Notes: generated by a model not told the origin, from the letters alone. Positions 47,741 through 57,840 are shown, numbered from the stretch's first letter. The stretch: DNA of 64,000 nt from an uncultured delta proteobacterium (GCA_963794325.1 CAWCDG010000004.1:832001-896000); one strand, 5' to 3'. Numbers and translations are program-made.

Positions 47741-48514
47741 CTACGCCGAGCGGAAGTACTGGCCGGGGGTTTTGCCGAAGGTCACGCGGAATGCCGAGAT
47801 GAATGCGCTGACGCTATCGTATCCGGCGTCGAAGGCTACTGTCGTTACCGCGTCGCCGGCAGCCAGTAGCCGCAGCGCGTGACCGAGCCGCAGCTGCTGA
47901 CGCCATTTGCCGAAGCCGAGACCGGTTTCACTCTTGAACAGCCGCTCGACTGTTCGCTTGCTGGCGCCCGCAAGCTTCGAGAGCTCGATGAGCGAGCGAG
48001 TGTCTGACGGCTGCTTCTGGAGCATCGCGGCGATTCGTTTCGCGCGCGCGTCGCGCGGGATAGGAAGATGGATCGCGTCCGATTGCATCACGTGAAGATG
48101 ATCGAGCAGGACCGAAATCAGATGCGAGTGAGCGGGGACGCGGAGGTTAAGGCTGTCGAGCTCGACGATGCGGAGGATCAATTCGCGGAGCAGAGGAGAA
48201 ATACCGATGACGCGTGGTTCGTCGGGCAGCGCACGGCTGAGTCGTGGCACGAGGTAGAGCGTCCGCAACGACACGGGACCGGACATCTGGATCGAATGAC
48301 GCGTGCCGGCGGGGACCCAGACGCCGCGATGGATGGGGACTACCCAACTGCCTTCTGGCGTGCGCACGGTCATGACGCCTTGCGATGCGTAAACCAGCTG
48401 ATGCCATGGGTGCGAATGCGTTTTGATAACGTGGCCGTCGGGGTATTCGGGAACGATGCCGGTACGGACCTGGTACTTGTGAGAGTCGAAAAACCAGTGG
48501 CGCTTTTTCGGCAT
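47741..48514 (-). CDS. AraC family regulator (cupin + HTH, NimR-like)
   Basis: HSHPWHQL cupin; RTVERLF...W.QQ.RL; GYDSVSAFI..F...FG.TP. Confidence 0.93.
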   Translation of the reverse strand: MPKKRHWFFDSHKYQVRTGIVPEYPDGHVIKTHSHPWHQLVYASQGVMTVRTPEGSWVVPIHRGVWVPAGTRHSIQMSGPVSLRTLYLVPRLSRALPDEPRVIGISPLLRELILRIVELDSLNLRVPAHSHLISVLLDHLHVMQSDAIHLPIPRDARAKRIAAMLQKQPSDTRSLIELSKLAGASKRTVERLFKSETGLGFGKWRQQLRLGHALRLLAAGDAVTTVAFDAGYDSVSAFISAFRVTFGKTPGQYFRSA

Positions 48515-48590
48515 CGAATGGCAATCTAGCGCAAGACGGCCAATGGCTCAAAGTGGTAATGAGTACCAGGTTCCACTGCGGGAGGTTCTC

Positions 48591-48980
48591 ATGGTCGCCA
48601 AAAATATCGCGCACTTCGATGTCCAGGCGGATGACGTGGGGCGCGCGCGCAAATTCTACGAACGAGTATTCGAATGGCGTTTCACGCCGTGGGGTCCGCC
48701 TGATTTCTTCATGATCGCGACCGGCACCGAGAGCGATCCCGGCATTCACGGCGCGGTGCACGACCGCCCCAAGGACAGCCATCGCACCGTTGGCTTCGAG
48801 TGCACGATCGCAGTCGACGACGTGGACGCGATCGCTAAGCTCATCGAGAAGGAAGGTGGACATATCACCGTTCCCAAGATGACGATTCCCGGTGTTGGCG
48901 AGTTGATCCAATTTAGAGACACCGAAGGGAACATTGCGTGTGCGATGCGCTACTTCGATGAATCGCAAGGGCGGCCTTAG
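48591..48980 (+). CDS. VOC/glyoxalase family protein
   Basis: HFDV.ADD..RA..FY..VF.W; FRDTEGN; GGAGG RBS. Confidence 0.9.
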   Translation: MVAKNIAHFDVQADDVGRARKFYERVFEWRFTPWGPPDFFMIATGTESDPGIHGAVHDRPKDSHRTVGFECTIAVDDVDAIAKLIEKEGGHITVPKMTIPGVGELIQFRDTEGNIACAMRYFDESQGRP

Positions 48981-48989
48981 GGGCCTGCG

Positions 48990-49400
48990 ATGGCTATACA
49001 GCTCGACCACATAATTCTTTCCGTGAACGATCGGATGAAGAGCGTCGATTTTTACGTCGGGATCCTCGGCCTCAAGTACGAAGGTGATCGGGAACCGTTT
49101 TCGATACTTCGAGTCACGCCTGACTTCACGATCCAATTGGCCGGATGGGGCACCAAAGGCGGTGAGCATCTTGCGTTCGCGATGTCGCGCAAGGAGTTCG
49201 ACGAGGTCTTCCGCCGGATCATCGACGCGAAGATTGAATATGGAGATGAGTTCCACTCCGTCGGAAACATGCGCGGCCCGGGGGACGAGACGGCCGAGTC
49301 GATCAATTCCGCCGGCGGCGGTGCGCGCGGGCCGGGCAAGAACCTCTACTTCTTCGACCCAAGCCGCCACCTGATCGAGATCCGTCACTACGAGGGGTGA
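48990..49400 (+). CDS. VOC/glyoxalase family protein
   Basis: LDHIIL.V.D...S..FY..ILG, HLAF, YFFDPS.HLIEI. Confidence 0.9.
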   Translation: MAIQLDHIILSVNDRMKSVDFYVGILGLKYEGDREPFSILRVTPDFTIQLAGWGTKGGEHLAFAMSRKEFDEVFRRIIDAKIEYGDEFHSVGNMRGPGDETAESINSAGGGARGPGKNLYFFDPSRHLIEIRHYEG

Positions 49401-49404
49401 GGTG

Positions 49405-51111
49405 TCAGTGGCGGACCTCGTCGCCGCGCGATACTTCCATCCAGGCGTTGATTAGATCGTCGGCTTCGTCAGGCTCGAGGCGGCCGTCTTTTACGGCGGC
49501 GAGGATTTCCAGGATCGCTTCGTCGCGACCAAGTTTTACGGTTGCGCCGGGACGGAATTGCGCTGACTTACTACTTTTTTCGCTATCCGACTGAGTAGTC
49601 GATTGAGTAGTGGACTGAGTAGTGCCTTCAGGTTGGTCGTGAGAAGGGTTGCGCATGTCGCGCGCGGCATCGCGGATCTTGTCGCGCATCTCGCGCGCCG
49701 CTTGCCGTACCCGATCGCGCATCTCGGTGCGCGCCTCGCGCGAGCCGCCACGCACTGCCTGTGACACGAGGTCGCCGATTTCCTTGCCGAGTTTCGTCAA
49801 GCGCTCGCCGACGTCTTCCGGCACCCGCTGTTCGATTTCCGAAATCGCGCGCTCGACTTCGCGCAGGCCTTCGCCGACGCTGCGTTTCACGTCGCGAGTG
49901 ACCTCGCGCACAATTCCGCTCGACAGGCCGCCGCTTTCGGCAACGAACTGGCCGGCCGCATCGAGCACGCTGCTCACGAATGCGGGAATCTCGCCGCCGA
50001 GACCGTCGACCAGGTCTTCCAACGGGGCCGCGAAGCCGCCGGCGCGCGAGCGATAGCCGCGGCCGGAGAAATCGCGTTCGCGCGCGTCGCCGCTGGCGAC
50101 AATCACGTCTGCGCCGCGAGTCTCGATGGCAATTTTGGTGCGCGCGCCCGATGCGGGATCCGCACCGATCGTACCGTGGACGTGACTGCGGTCGAGCCAT
50201 TTGAGCCCGGAGGCGTCGATGCCATAAGTGCGGATTCGGCCCCATCCGGCGGAAGCGTTGAGCTCGAGCGAGGCGCCCGGGTCCACTTCGACGTTGACGC
50301 GGCCGCGGCTGGCGACGCTCCAGGCTTTGTCGAGCGGGTACGGGCCGGCAAGAACGATCGCCCCGCCACAGTCTTCAAGATTCAGCGAACCGCCAACGTG
50401 GCTGATGCGCGCGCTGCCGCCCACAAAGCCGACCGCCACTTCGCCCGCGACGCTATCAGCCGCGAGCTTGCCGCCGATCTTCCCGACTTGCAGCCCGCCT
50501 GACAGGTTCGACGCGCGCACCCGGCCGCCAACGACGCCGGCTTCGGCGTGCGCCGCGTCTTCAATCTCCAGATGTCCGCCGATGACGCGCGCGATGAACG
50601 GCGCGCGCAGGCCGATCAGGCGTGCGCCGCCGGCAATTTTTTCGATCGCCACTTCGCCGTCGATGGTGCGGCAATCCAGTTCGCCGGCGACGTGGCTGAA
50701 GGTGATCGCACCGGCAGATTCGACGGTTAGCGCACCGCGAACCTTGACCCCGTCAACTGCGCCGGCTTGCTTGATAGAGACGTTGCCACTGACCGTATCG
50801 CGCATCGAGATGGCGCCGATGCGGCGCGCGTGAAGATTGCCGCGCACGCGCGTGACGACGAACGGGGTGGCGAGATCGGATACATCGAGATTGCCGGCGA
50901 GATCTTCGACTTCGACCGTGACCCCGGCGGGAACCGTGATGACCGCGTTGTCGCGCAGCGTCACTTCGGCGACTCCGGCGTTGGTCGTGACTCTTGGCGC
51001 GACGCCCGAATCGATCTCGATCGCGGCACGGTCGCCACCGCTGATTTTGAGATTTCCGGCAGCGCGCAGGACCCGGATTGATTCAACTCCATCGATCGTC
51101 GAGATAGCCAT
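49405..51111 (-). CDS. DUF4097-like beta-repeat (Toastrack) protein with helical region and C-terminal SHOCT-like domain
   Basis: Repeated GxL/VGG beta units; C-terminal ILEILAAVKDGRLEPDEADDLI; downstream of DUF2089. Confidence 0.65.
   Translation of the reverse strand: MAISTIDGVESIRVLRAAGNLKISGGDRAAIEIDSGVAPRVTTNAGVAEVTLRDNAVITVPAGVTVEVEDLAGNLDVSDLATPFVVTRVRGNLHARRIGAISMRDTVSGNVSIKQAGAVDGVKVRGALTVESAGAITFSHVAGELDCRTIDGEVAIEKIAGGARLIGLRAPFIARVIGGHLEIEDAAHAEAGVVGGRVRASNLSGGLQVGKIGGKLAADSVAGEVAVGFVGGSARISHVGGSLNLEDCGGAIVLAGPYPLDKAWSVASRGRVNVEVDPGASLELNASAGWGRIRTYGIDASGLKWLDRSHVHGTIGADPASGARTKIAIETRGADVIVASGDARERDFSGRGYRSRAGGFAAPLEDLVDGLGGEIPAFVSSVLDAAGQFVAESGGLSSGIVREVTRDVKRSVGEGLREVERAISEIEQRVPEDVGERLTKLGKEIGDLVSQAVRGGSREARTEMRDRVRQAAREMRDKIRDAARDMRNPSHDQPEGTTQSTTQSTTQSDSEKSSKSAQFRPGATVKLGRDEAILEILAAVKDGRLEPDEADDLINAWMEVSRGDEVRH
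49589..49624. repeat. Three 12-bp tandem repeats encoding TTQS x3
   Basis: gactgagtagtc gattgagtagtg gactgagtagtg. Confidence 0.85.
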
Positions 51112-51128
51112 GGCACGGCCTCCTTCGT

Positions 51129-51530
51129 TCAGTTGTCTTTTGTACGAGGTTCGTTGAGCGCGGCGAGAGCTTCGTCGGGCGTGAGTTTGCCATCCTTGAG
51201 ATCGGCCAGGACCGAGCGGCGGCGCGAGGCGCTGTCGTCGATAGCCGAAGCTTCGGGCGCAGACTTGGGGGAGTAACCGAGCGCCGCGATCACTTCGTCG
51301 AGGCGTGCGCGCACGGTCGGGTACGAAACGCCAAGTTCGCGCTCGACCTCGCGGATGACGCCGCGGTTCTTGATGAAGACTTCGACGAAATCGATTTGCG
51401 CGCCGGTGAGCTTGAGCAGCGCGGGCGGCGTGAACTCACCTTCGATAGATATCTTGCAGTCAGGGCAGTCGAGGCGGGCAACGGTCAAATTGCCGTCGCA
51501 TGATGGACATTTGAGAATTATTGGCCTCAT
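51129..51530 (-). CDS. DUF2089 family protein (Zn ribbon + HTH + SHOCT-like)
   Basis: CPSC..L.V.RL.CPDC..IEG.F, F...RG..REVE.ELGVSYPTVRARLD. Confidence 0.9.
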   Translation of the reverse strand: MRPIILKCPSCDGNLTVARLDCPDCKISIEGEFTPPALLKLTGAQIDFVEVFIKNRGVIREVERELGVSYPTVRARLDEVIAALGYSPKSAPEASAIDDSASRRRSVLADLKDGKLTPDEALAALNEPRTKDN

Positions 51531-51538
51531 CTGAATTG

Positions 51539-51592
51539 ATATTAAGCCAAATATTGATTTTGTCAAGTATAAACTTAAGATTATTAATAATC
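51539..51592 (-). promoter_or_regulatory. Promoter TTGACA-N16-TAATAT plus 14-bp palindrome GATTATTAATAATC
   Basis: -35 at 51566-51561, -10 at 51544-51539 ending 8 nt before ATG; palindrome at 51579-51592. Confidence 0.55.
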
Positions 51593-51622
51593 AAATATGA
51601 GTGCTGTGGGCAGACTGAGAAT

Positions 51623-52732
51623 TCAAGCGATCGGCGGTGCGGGGTGTTGCTGACTCAAGCAGTGGACGCTGCCGAGGCCCCAGACCAGGTCGGTCGATGG
51701 GACGCCGACTACTCGGTGGTTTGGGAAGAGGCTTTGCAGCATCGCGGATGCGACGGCGTCGCTCGGTGCGTCGAAGGTCGGCATCAGGATTGCGCCGTTC
51801 GCGATATAGAAGTTCGCGTAGGAGGCGGGCAGGCGGGTGCCGTCGTGGATGACGGCTGGGGGCATCGGGAGCGTTTCGATTTTGAAGGGCCGGCCGTCTT
51901 GATCGCGCATCGCGCGCAGGCGCTCGAGGTTGTCGCGCAGGATCGGATAGTTGATGTCGGCGGGATCAGCCTCGACTACTGTGACGATTGTGTCGGGGGC
52001 GACGAAGCGCGCGAGGTCGTCGATGTGGCCGTCGGTGTCGTCGCCGGCGATTCCGTCGCCCAGCCACAGCACGTTGGTCACGCCGAGGTAGGTGCGCAGA
52101 TAATCTTCGAGGTCGGCGCGGGTGAGCGTAGGATTGCGATTGGGATTGAGCAGGCATGACTCGGTGGTGAGCAGTGATCCCGCGCCATTGACGTCGATCG
52201 AACCGCCTTCGAGCACGATGTTCGGCTCGATCACTTCGAAGCCGTAGCGCGCTCCGAGCTTTTGCGGGACGACGTCGTCGAGATCGAAGGCGCCGTACTT
52301 TTCACCCCACGAGTTGAAGCGCCAGTCGAGCGCGATTTGATTCGGGCCGCCGGCCGCGGCGTTCGCGAGGCGATTGACGAAGATCGGGCCGTGATCGCGG
52401 GCCCAAGCGTCATTGGTCGGCAGATGAAAAATGTCGATCGGGAGAAGCGGGCCGGGCGCTTCCTTTTCCGTGCGACGGGCGGCGTCAAGAATCATCGCGC
52501 GCACTTCGTCGATTTGTCTGCCGTTTTCGTCGGTGACATGCAGGCGCACGGGCTCGAACCGCGCGATTTTCGCGACCATGTCCGCGTAGATCGGCGGGAT
52601 GACGTCGAACTTGTCGGGCCACGTATCGCGATTGTGCGGCCATGCGAGATAACACGCGAGATGCGGCGCCCATTCGGGGGGCATCCGATAGGACGCCAGG
52701 GTGCGGCGATGCTCAGGCTGAATAACAGTCAC
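51623..52732 (-). CDS. aguA: Agmatine deiminase family protein
   Basis: RMPPEW.PH, WARDHGP, LEGGSIDVNG, DDTDGHIDD, ASYANF, GSVHC.SQQ. Confidence 0.92.
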   Translation of the reverse strand: MTVIQPEHRRTLASYRMPPEWAPHLACYLAWPHNRDTWPDKFDVIPPIYADMVAKIARFEPVRLHVTDENGRQIDEVRAMILDAARRTEKEAPGPLLPIDIFHLPTNDAWARDHGPIFVNRLANAAAGGPNQIALDWRFNSWGEKYGAFDLDDVVPQKLGARYGFEVIEPNIVLEGGSIDVNGAGSLLTTESCLLNPNRNPTLTRADLEDYLRTYLGVTNVLWLGDGIAGDDTDGHIDDLARFVAPDTIVTVVEADPADINYPILRDNLERLRAMRDQDGRPFKIETLPMPPAVIHDGTRLPASYANFYIANGAILMPTFDAPSDAVASAMLQSLFPNHRVVGVPSTDLVWGLGSVHCLSQQHPAPPIA

Positions 52733-52734
52733 GG

Positions 52735-53610
52735 TTATGAACGATAGCGGCGGGTCAGGTCGGCGTAGGCGTCGATGCGGCGGTCGCGCAGGAAGGGCCA
52801 GTTGCGGCGGACCTGCTCGATTTTGGCGAGGTCGCATTCGGCGACGAGAGTTTCCTCTGCGGTGGCGCTCGCGCGCGCGATCACTTCGCCGAACGGATCG
52901 GCGACGAACGAATCGCCCCAGAACTCGAGCTCGCCCTCGACGCCGACGCGGTTGACCGCCGCGACGAACACGCCGTTGGCAATTGCGTGGCTCCGCTGGA
53001 TCGTCTCCCACGCGTTCACCTGCTTGGGGCGGACTTTCTCTGGCTCGCCATGCCACCATCCGATGGCCGTTGGATAGAAGAGAATTTGCGCACCGGCCAT
53101 CGCGGTCAAGCGGGCGGCCTCGGGGAACCATTGGTCCCAGCATATGAGCGCGCCGATCGAGCCGTGCGACGTCAGATGCGCGACGAAATCGAGATCGCCG
53201 GGGGTGAAGTAATATTTTTCGTAATAGCGCGGATCATCGGGGATGTGCATCTTGCGGTAGCGGCCGACGATTTTCCCGGCCTCATCGATGACAGCGGCAG
53301 TGTTGTGATAGACGCCAGCCGCACGACGCTCGAAAATCGATGCGACGACGATTATCTTTCGCGCCTTGGCGACGGCGCCGAGCGCTTCGGTAGTCGGGCC
53401 GGGAATCGGCTCCGCCAGATCGAAAAACTTCGGGTCCTCGACCTGACATGGATAATGTCCGCCGAACAGTTCCTGGGTGCAGACGATTTGCGCGCCGCGC
53501 TTGGCGGCCTCCTCGATTTTCGCGATCGCCTTGTCGAGATTGAGTCGCGGCTCGGATGCACAACTCATCTGTATGAGGCCGATCGAGACCTTGTCGGCGT
53601 GCGATGCCAT
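52735..53610 (-). CDS. aguB: Carbon-nitrogen hydrolase, N-carbamoylputrescine amidase-like
   Basis: QELF, YRKMHIPDDP.YYEKYYF.PGD, ICWDQWFPEAAR; adjacent to aguA. Confidence 0.88.
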   Translation of the reverse strand: MASHADKVSIGLIQMSCASEPRLNLDKAIAKIEEAAKRGAQIVCTQELFGGHYPCQVEDPKFFDLAEPIPGPTTEALGAVAKARKIIVVASIFERRAAGVYHNTAAVIDEAGKIVGRYRKMHIPDDPRYYEKYYFTPGDLDFVAHLTSHGSIGALICWDQWFPEAARLTAMAGAQILFYPTAIGWWHGEPEKVRPKQVNAWETIQRSHAIANGVFVAAVNRVGVEGELEFWGDSFVADPFGEVIARASATAEETLVAECDLAKIEQVRRNWPFLRDRRIDAYADLTRRYRS

Positions 53611-53667
53611 AGTAACTGTGATAGCAACCGCGCAAGTCGCACGCTATCGCGAGCGGGGGTGGAACAG

Positions 53668-55650
53668 ATGAAAAGCTCGACCGCAGTCACACTCGTGCTG
53701 GCACTTGGCATCGCGGCGCATGCTCACGCGCAAGGGCCTAGTGGGGCGGTCGAATGGCCCAACTACGGTAACGATCCCGGCGCACAGCGTTACTCATCAC
53801 TGAACCAGATCAATCGCGACAATGTGTCGCGGCTAAAAGTCAGTTGGACTTTCCACACTGGCGACGTATCCAACGGCGAGAATGCCCGCATGAAGACCGG
53901 TTTCGAGAACACGCCGATCGTGATCGACGGCACGATGTACATCTCGACTCCGTTCTGCCGCGTCATTGCGATCGACCCCACTACCGGCAAATCAAAGTGG
54001 AGTTTCGATCCGAATATCGCCAAGGACCAAATTTACTCCGAGGGACTCATCAACCGTGGCGTAGCTAGCTGGCTGGATACTGGAGCCAAACCGGATGCCG
54101 CGTGCCGCCGCCGCATCTATATCGGAACGATCGATGCGCGGTTGATCGCGCTCGACGCCGCGACTGGAAAGCTCTGCACCGACTTCGGCGCCGGCGGTCA
54201 AATCAACCTGAAGGCGGGCGTCAAGAACATCGAGCGGATCGGTTACTACGGCGAGTATGAGGAGACCTCCGCGCCCGCGATCATCGACGACATGGTGATC
54301 GTCGGCTCCGCGATCGGCGACAATCGCGCGCTCGACGAGCCGCTGGGAACGGTGCGCGCGTTCGATACGCGCACGGGGGCGGTTCGATGGTCGTGGAACG
54401 CAATTCCTCAAAGCGCCGCGGATCCAGCGTGGAAAGACTGGAAGCCCGAGGATGCGCAGCGCACCGGCGCCGCCAATGCGTGGGCGCCGATTTCGGTCGA
54501 TCCGCAAAACGATCTGGTGTTCGTGCCAACAGGCAGCGCGAGCCCTGACTACTACGGCGGTATGCGCCGCGGTCCCGGTCCGTACGCTGACTCGCTGGTC
54601 GTTCTCCATGCAAAGGCCGGCGCGCTCGCGTGGTACTTCCAGACCACCCATCACGATTTGTGGGACTACGACAATCCGTCTCAGCCGCTGCTCTGTACGA
54701 TCCGGCGCAACGGCGTCGAGATCCCGGCAGTGGTGCAAGGCACCAAGCGCGGCATCCTGTTCATCTTCAACCGGTTGACGGGCGAGCCATTGTTCCCGAT
54801 TGCGGAGAAACCCGTGCCGCAATCGGATGTCCCCGGCGAGCAGACCTCACCGACGCAGCCGTTTCCCGCTTTGCCGCCGCCGCTGGTGCCGCAGAGTTTT
54901 ACCGCTGATGATGCGTGGGGGATCGTCTACTTCGATCGGCAGAAGTGCCGCACCCGGATCGAGGGCTTGCGCCACGACGGGGTATTCACGCCGCCGAGTC
55001 TTAAGGGATCGCTCCAGGTGCCCGGCAACACCGGCGGGATGAACTGGAGCGGCGCCGCGTTCGATCCGGAGCGTCAGTTGCTCGTGACCAACGTCAATAA
55101 CATGCCGGCGGAGGTTCACCTGATCCCGCGCGACGAGTTCACGGAGCAGGAGAATAACTCGCGCGGATTCGATCTCGAGTTCGCGCCGCAGCTCGAAACG
55201 CCGTACGGCATGAGCCGCGTGTTCATGCGGTCGTCGTTTCCCGGGTTGATTTGCACGCCTCCGCCGTGGGGCAGCCTGGTGGCGGTCGATTTGTCGAGCG
55301 GACAGATTCGATGGTCGGTGCCGCTAGGCGATGCGGGCGAGTTGGCGCGCTTGAAGCTTCATCTTCCGCTGCCCGATCCGCATTGGGGACTGCCGAGCCT
55401 GGGCGGCGCAATCGTGACGGCCGGCGGGCTTACTTTTATAGCTGGCGCGATGGGCGATCCTCATTTCCGCGCGTTCGATACCGATACCGGTACGGTGCTG
55501 TGGACCGCTGACTTGCCGGCCGGCGGCAATGCGACTCCGATGACGTTCAGCGCAGGTGGCAAGCAGTACGTGGTGATCGCGGCCGGCGGTCATGCGAAAT
55601 TCGACGCGAAGCGAAGCGACGCACTGGTAGCGTTCGCGCTGCCGGACTGA
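53668..55650 (+). CDS. PQQ-dependent dehydrogenase (glucose/quinate family, without N-terminal TM domain)
   Basis: Signal peptide; WPNYG...RYSSL.QIN..NV, HHDLWDYD, PPWG.L.A.DL, ATPMT....GKQYVVIAAGG. Confidence 0.93.
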   Translation: MKSSTAVTLVLALGIAAHAHAQGPSGAVEWPNYGNDPGAQRYSSLNQINRDNVSRLKVSWTFHTGDVSNGENARMKTGFENTPIVIDGTMYISTPFCRVIAIDPTTGKSKWSFDPNIAKDQIYSEGLINRGVASWLDTGAKPDAACRRRIYIGTIDARLIALDAATGKLCTDFGAGGQINLKAGVKNIERIGYYGEYEETSAPAIIDDMVIVGSAIGDNRALDEPLGTVRAFDTRTGAVRWSWNAIPQSAADPAWKDWKPEDAQRTGAANAWAPISVDPQNDLVFVPTGSASPDYYGGMRRGPGPYADSLVVLHAKAGALAWYFQTTHHDLWDYDNPSQPLLCTIRRNGVEIPAVVQGTKRGILFIFNRLTGEPLFPIAEKPVPQSDVPGEQTSPTQPFPALPPPLVPQSFTADDAWGIVYFDRQKCRTRIEGLRHDGVFTPPSLKGSLQVPGNTGGMNWSGAAFDPERQLLVTNVNNMPAEVHLIPRDEFTEQENNSRGFDLEFAPQLETPYGMSRVFMRSSFPGLICTPPPWGSLVAVDLSSGQIRWSVPLGDAGELARLKLHLPLPDPHWGLPSLGGAIVTAGGLTFIAGAMGDPHFRAFDTDTGTVLWTADLPAGGNATPMTFSAGGKQYVVIAAGGHAKFDAKRSDALVAFALPD

Positions 55651-55825
55651 GGCGATGTAGTCGGGTCGGCATAAATTTCTTCAAAATAGAAAGACACAGC
55701 GGAGCATCTGGTCTCGGGAGCACGAAACATTTTCGTCATCTGCGGTTGCATGAGCGGGTCTGTGATACTGTAATAGGGCGCGCAAACGAAACGCGCGCTG
55801 GAGAAATTTCGGGACTGCCCGCCGC

Positions 55826-55929
55826 TGATAGCCGGGTCCTGCGCAAGGGAAGGCCGCGAACCCCGCCAGGTCCGGAAGGAAGCAACGGTACCGGCTGCCA
55901 CCCTGTGCCGCAGGGGTGCCTGGCTATCA
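55826..55929 (+). ncRNA. ffs: Signal recognition particle RNA (small bacterial SRP, 4.5S)
   Basis: Domain IV CAGGTCCGGAAGGAAGCA at 55867-55884; closing helix TGATAGCCGGG/CCTGGCTATCA; conserved position upstream of dnaX. Confidence 0.93.
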
Positions 55930-55962
55930 TTCGACGGGCAGTTCCGAACCAAAGATTTCGCG

Positions 55963-57840
55963 ATGGCCGAATCTCAAACTCCCCATCTGGTACTCGCGCG
56001 CAAATGGCGGCCCGAACGCTTCTCGGAGCTGGTCGGCCAGGAGCACGTGACGCGCACGCTCGGTGAAGCGCTGAAGCGCGGCAGAATCGCGCATGCATTT
56101 TTGTTCACCGGGATTCGCGGCGTCGGCAAGACCACCGCGGCGCGGATTCTCGCGCGATGCCTCAACTGCGAGAAGGGTCCGACTGCGGAGCCGTGCGGCG
56201 AATGCGCGGCATGCATCGAGATTCGCGCAGGCAACTCGCTCGACGTCAACGAGATCGACGGCGCCACTTACCGCAAGATCGAGGATGCGCGCGCGATCAT
56301 CGAGAACCTCAGCTACCGCCCCGCGCGTGACCGTTTCAAGATTTATATTATCGACGAGGCGCATCAGCTTACCGACTCGGCCTTCAACGCGCTGCTGAAG
56401 ACCCTCGAGGAGCCGCCGCCGCACGTCAAATTTATTCTCGCGACGACCGAGCCGCAGAAGATGCCGGAGACAATCCTGTCGCGGCTGCAGCGCTACGACT
56501 TCCGGCGAATCCCGTACCTCACGATCCTCGAGCGGCTGAAAGATCTTGCACGGCGCGAAGAGGTCGAGGTCGAAGAGGCGGCGTTGCGATTGCTCGCGCG
56601 CGAGGCCGGCGGCAGTATGCGCGATGCCGAGCGGATGCTCGAGACGGCGATCGCGACGGCAGCGGGCAAGGTGACCGAGGCCGAAGTCGCGTCGTCGCTG
56701 GGAGTCGCGAGCAGAACCACGGTACTGAAATTGGCCGACGCGATTTTGTCGAAGAATGCCGCGGCGGCACTCGCGCACGTGCGGGAGTTGGCTGGTCGCG
56801 GCGCGAACCTCGAATCGCTCGGGCGCGACTTGCTCGAGACGCTTAGAAATCTCGCGGTCGCGAAACTTCCCGCCGGCGACTCGGACAGTCCGCTCGACGA
56901 TATCCCCGATCACGAAGTGGCGGAGCTGAAGCGGCTCGCGGCGGGCGCGAGCTCGCGCGATATCATGCGGCTGTTTCGGCTGATGGCCGATTCGCAGGAG
57001 CAGATTCTTAAATCGCCCTATCCAGACCTGCTGCTCGAGATGGCGGTGGTGCGGATGGCGTCGCTGACGGCGGTGGTCGATGCTGACGAATTGCTGCGCG
57101 CGATCGGATCGACGCCGCCGGCCTCGAGCACTCCGCCGGCATCGTCGAGCGGTGGCGGTTCTGGAGGCCGTGGCGCGAAGCAGGAGCCTGCGCCGAGTCC
57201 GCAATCGAGCGGCGCGCGGCGGCTGCGGGTCGAGGGCGAAGTCAAAGCTGATGCGCCGTTGCGCAACGAGTCTCACGACGACGGTCCGCGCGAGCTTCCC
57301 GCGCTGCGCGATTTCATTCGGGGACGTCGCGCGGCGCTGGCCGGCTTCATGGAACAAGGCGCGGGACTCACGCTCGACGGCGATGTTCTGACGGTCACGG
57401 CGCGCAACGACATTTATATTCGCTATCTGAACGACAACAAGAACGTGATTGCGGAACTTGCGAGCGAGCATCTCGGGCGCGCGATTCGCGTCGAGCTTTC
57501 GACCAATGGCGCGGCGAGTGCCGCCAACCGCGTGACGATGCCGCTTGCGAGCAACGGTCTCACGCACGAGCTGCCGGCGGCTTCGGCGCAACCCAGTCAG
57601 CCAATCGCACCCGAGAACGCACCGAAGAAGACGGCGCCATCGAAGCCGATCGAATCGATCAGAGAAATCGCGCCCGCATCGCCGGTGATCGAGGCTGCGC
57701 GGCGTGCGGCGACTCCCGAGGAGCGGCAGGCGGTGCTCGCCGATCCAGCGGTGCGGCGAGTGTTCGATACGCTCGACGCGCGGCTGGTGGAATTGAAGAT
57801 GCCGAATTCAGTGCAAGCTTCCGCGAAGGAATCCAAGTAG
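55963..57840 (+). CDS. dnaX: DNA polymerase III subunit gamma/tau
   Basis: LARKWRP..F.ELVGQ, GIRGVGKTT, IIDEAH.L...AFNALLKTLEEPP, GSMRDA. Confidence 0.97.
   Translation: MAESQTPHLVLARKWRPERFSELVGQEHVTRTLGEALKRGRIAHAFLFTGIRGVGKTTAARILARCLNCEKGPTAEPCGECAACIEIRAGNSLDVNEIDGATYRKIEDARAIIENLSYRPARDRFKIYIIDEAHQLTDSAFNALLKTLEEPPPHVKFILATTEPQKMPETILSRLQRYDFRRIPYLTILERLKDLARREEVEVEEAALRLLAREAGGSMRDAERMLETAIATAAGKVTEAEVASSLGVASRTTVLKLADAILSKNAAAALAHVRELAGRGANLESLGRDLLETLRNLAVAKLPAGDSDSPLDDIPDHEVAELKRLAAGASSRDIMRLFRLMADSQEQILKSPYPDLLLEMAVVRMASLTAVVDADELLRAIGSTPPASSTPPASSSGGGSGGRGAKQEPAPSPQSSGARRLRVEGEVKADAPLRNESHDDGPRELPALRDFIRGRRAALAGFMEQGAGLTLDGDVLTVTARNDIYIRYLNDNKNVIAELASEHLGRAIRVELSTNGAASAANRVTMPLASNGLTHELPAASAQPSQPIAPENAPKKTAPSKPIESIREIAPASPVIEAARRAATPEERQAVLADPAVRRVFDTLDARLVELKMPNSVQASAKESK

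Noticed and set aside
48147-49388. 413-aa minus-strand ORF
   Set aside because: Antisense to two clear VOC genes; no domain signal.
52987-53667. N-terminal extension making the PQQ dehydrogenase 887 aa
   Set aside because: Overlaps aguB antisense; a signal peptide begins at ATG 53668.
55927-57591. 554-aa antisense ORF over dnaX
   Set aside because: Shadow ORF typical of GC-rich codon bias; no recognisable motifs; dnaX on the opposite strand is unambiguous.
57000-57840. Programmed -1 frameshift in dnaX (gamma/tau)
   Set aside because: No A-AAA-AAG or poly-A slippery run seen.
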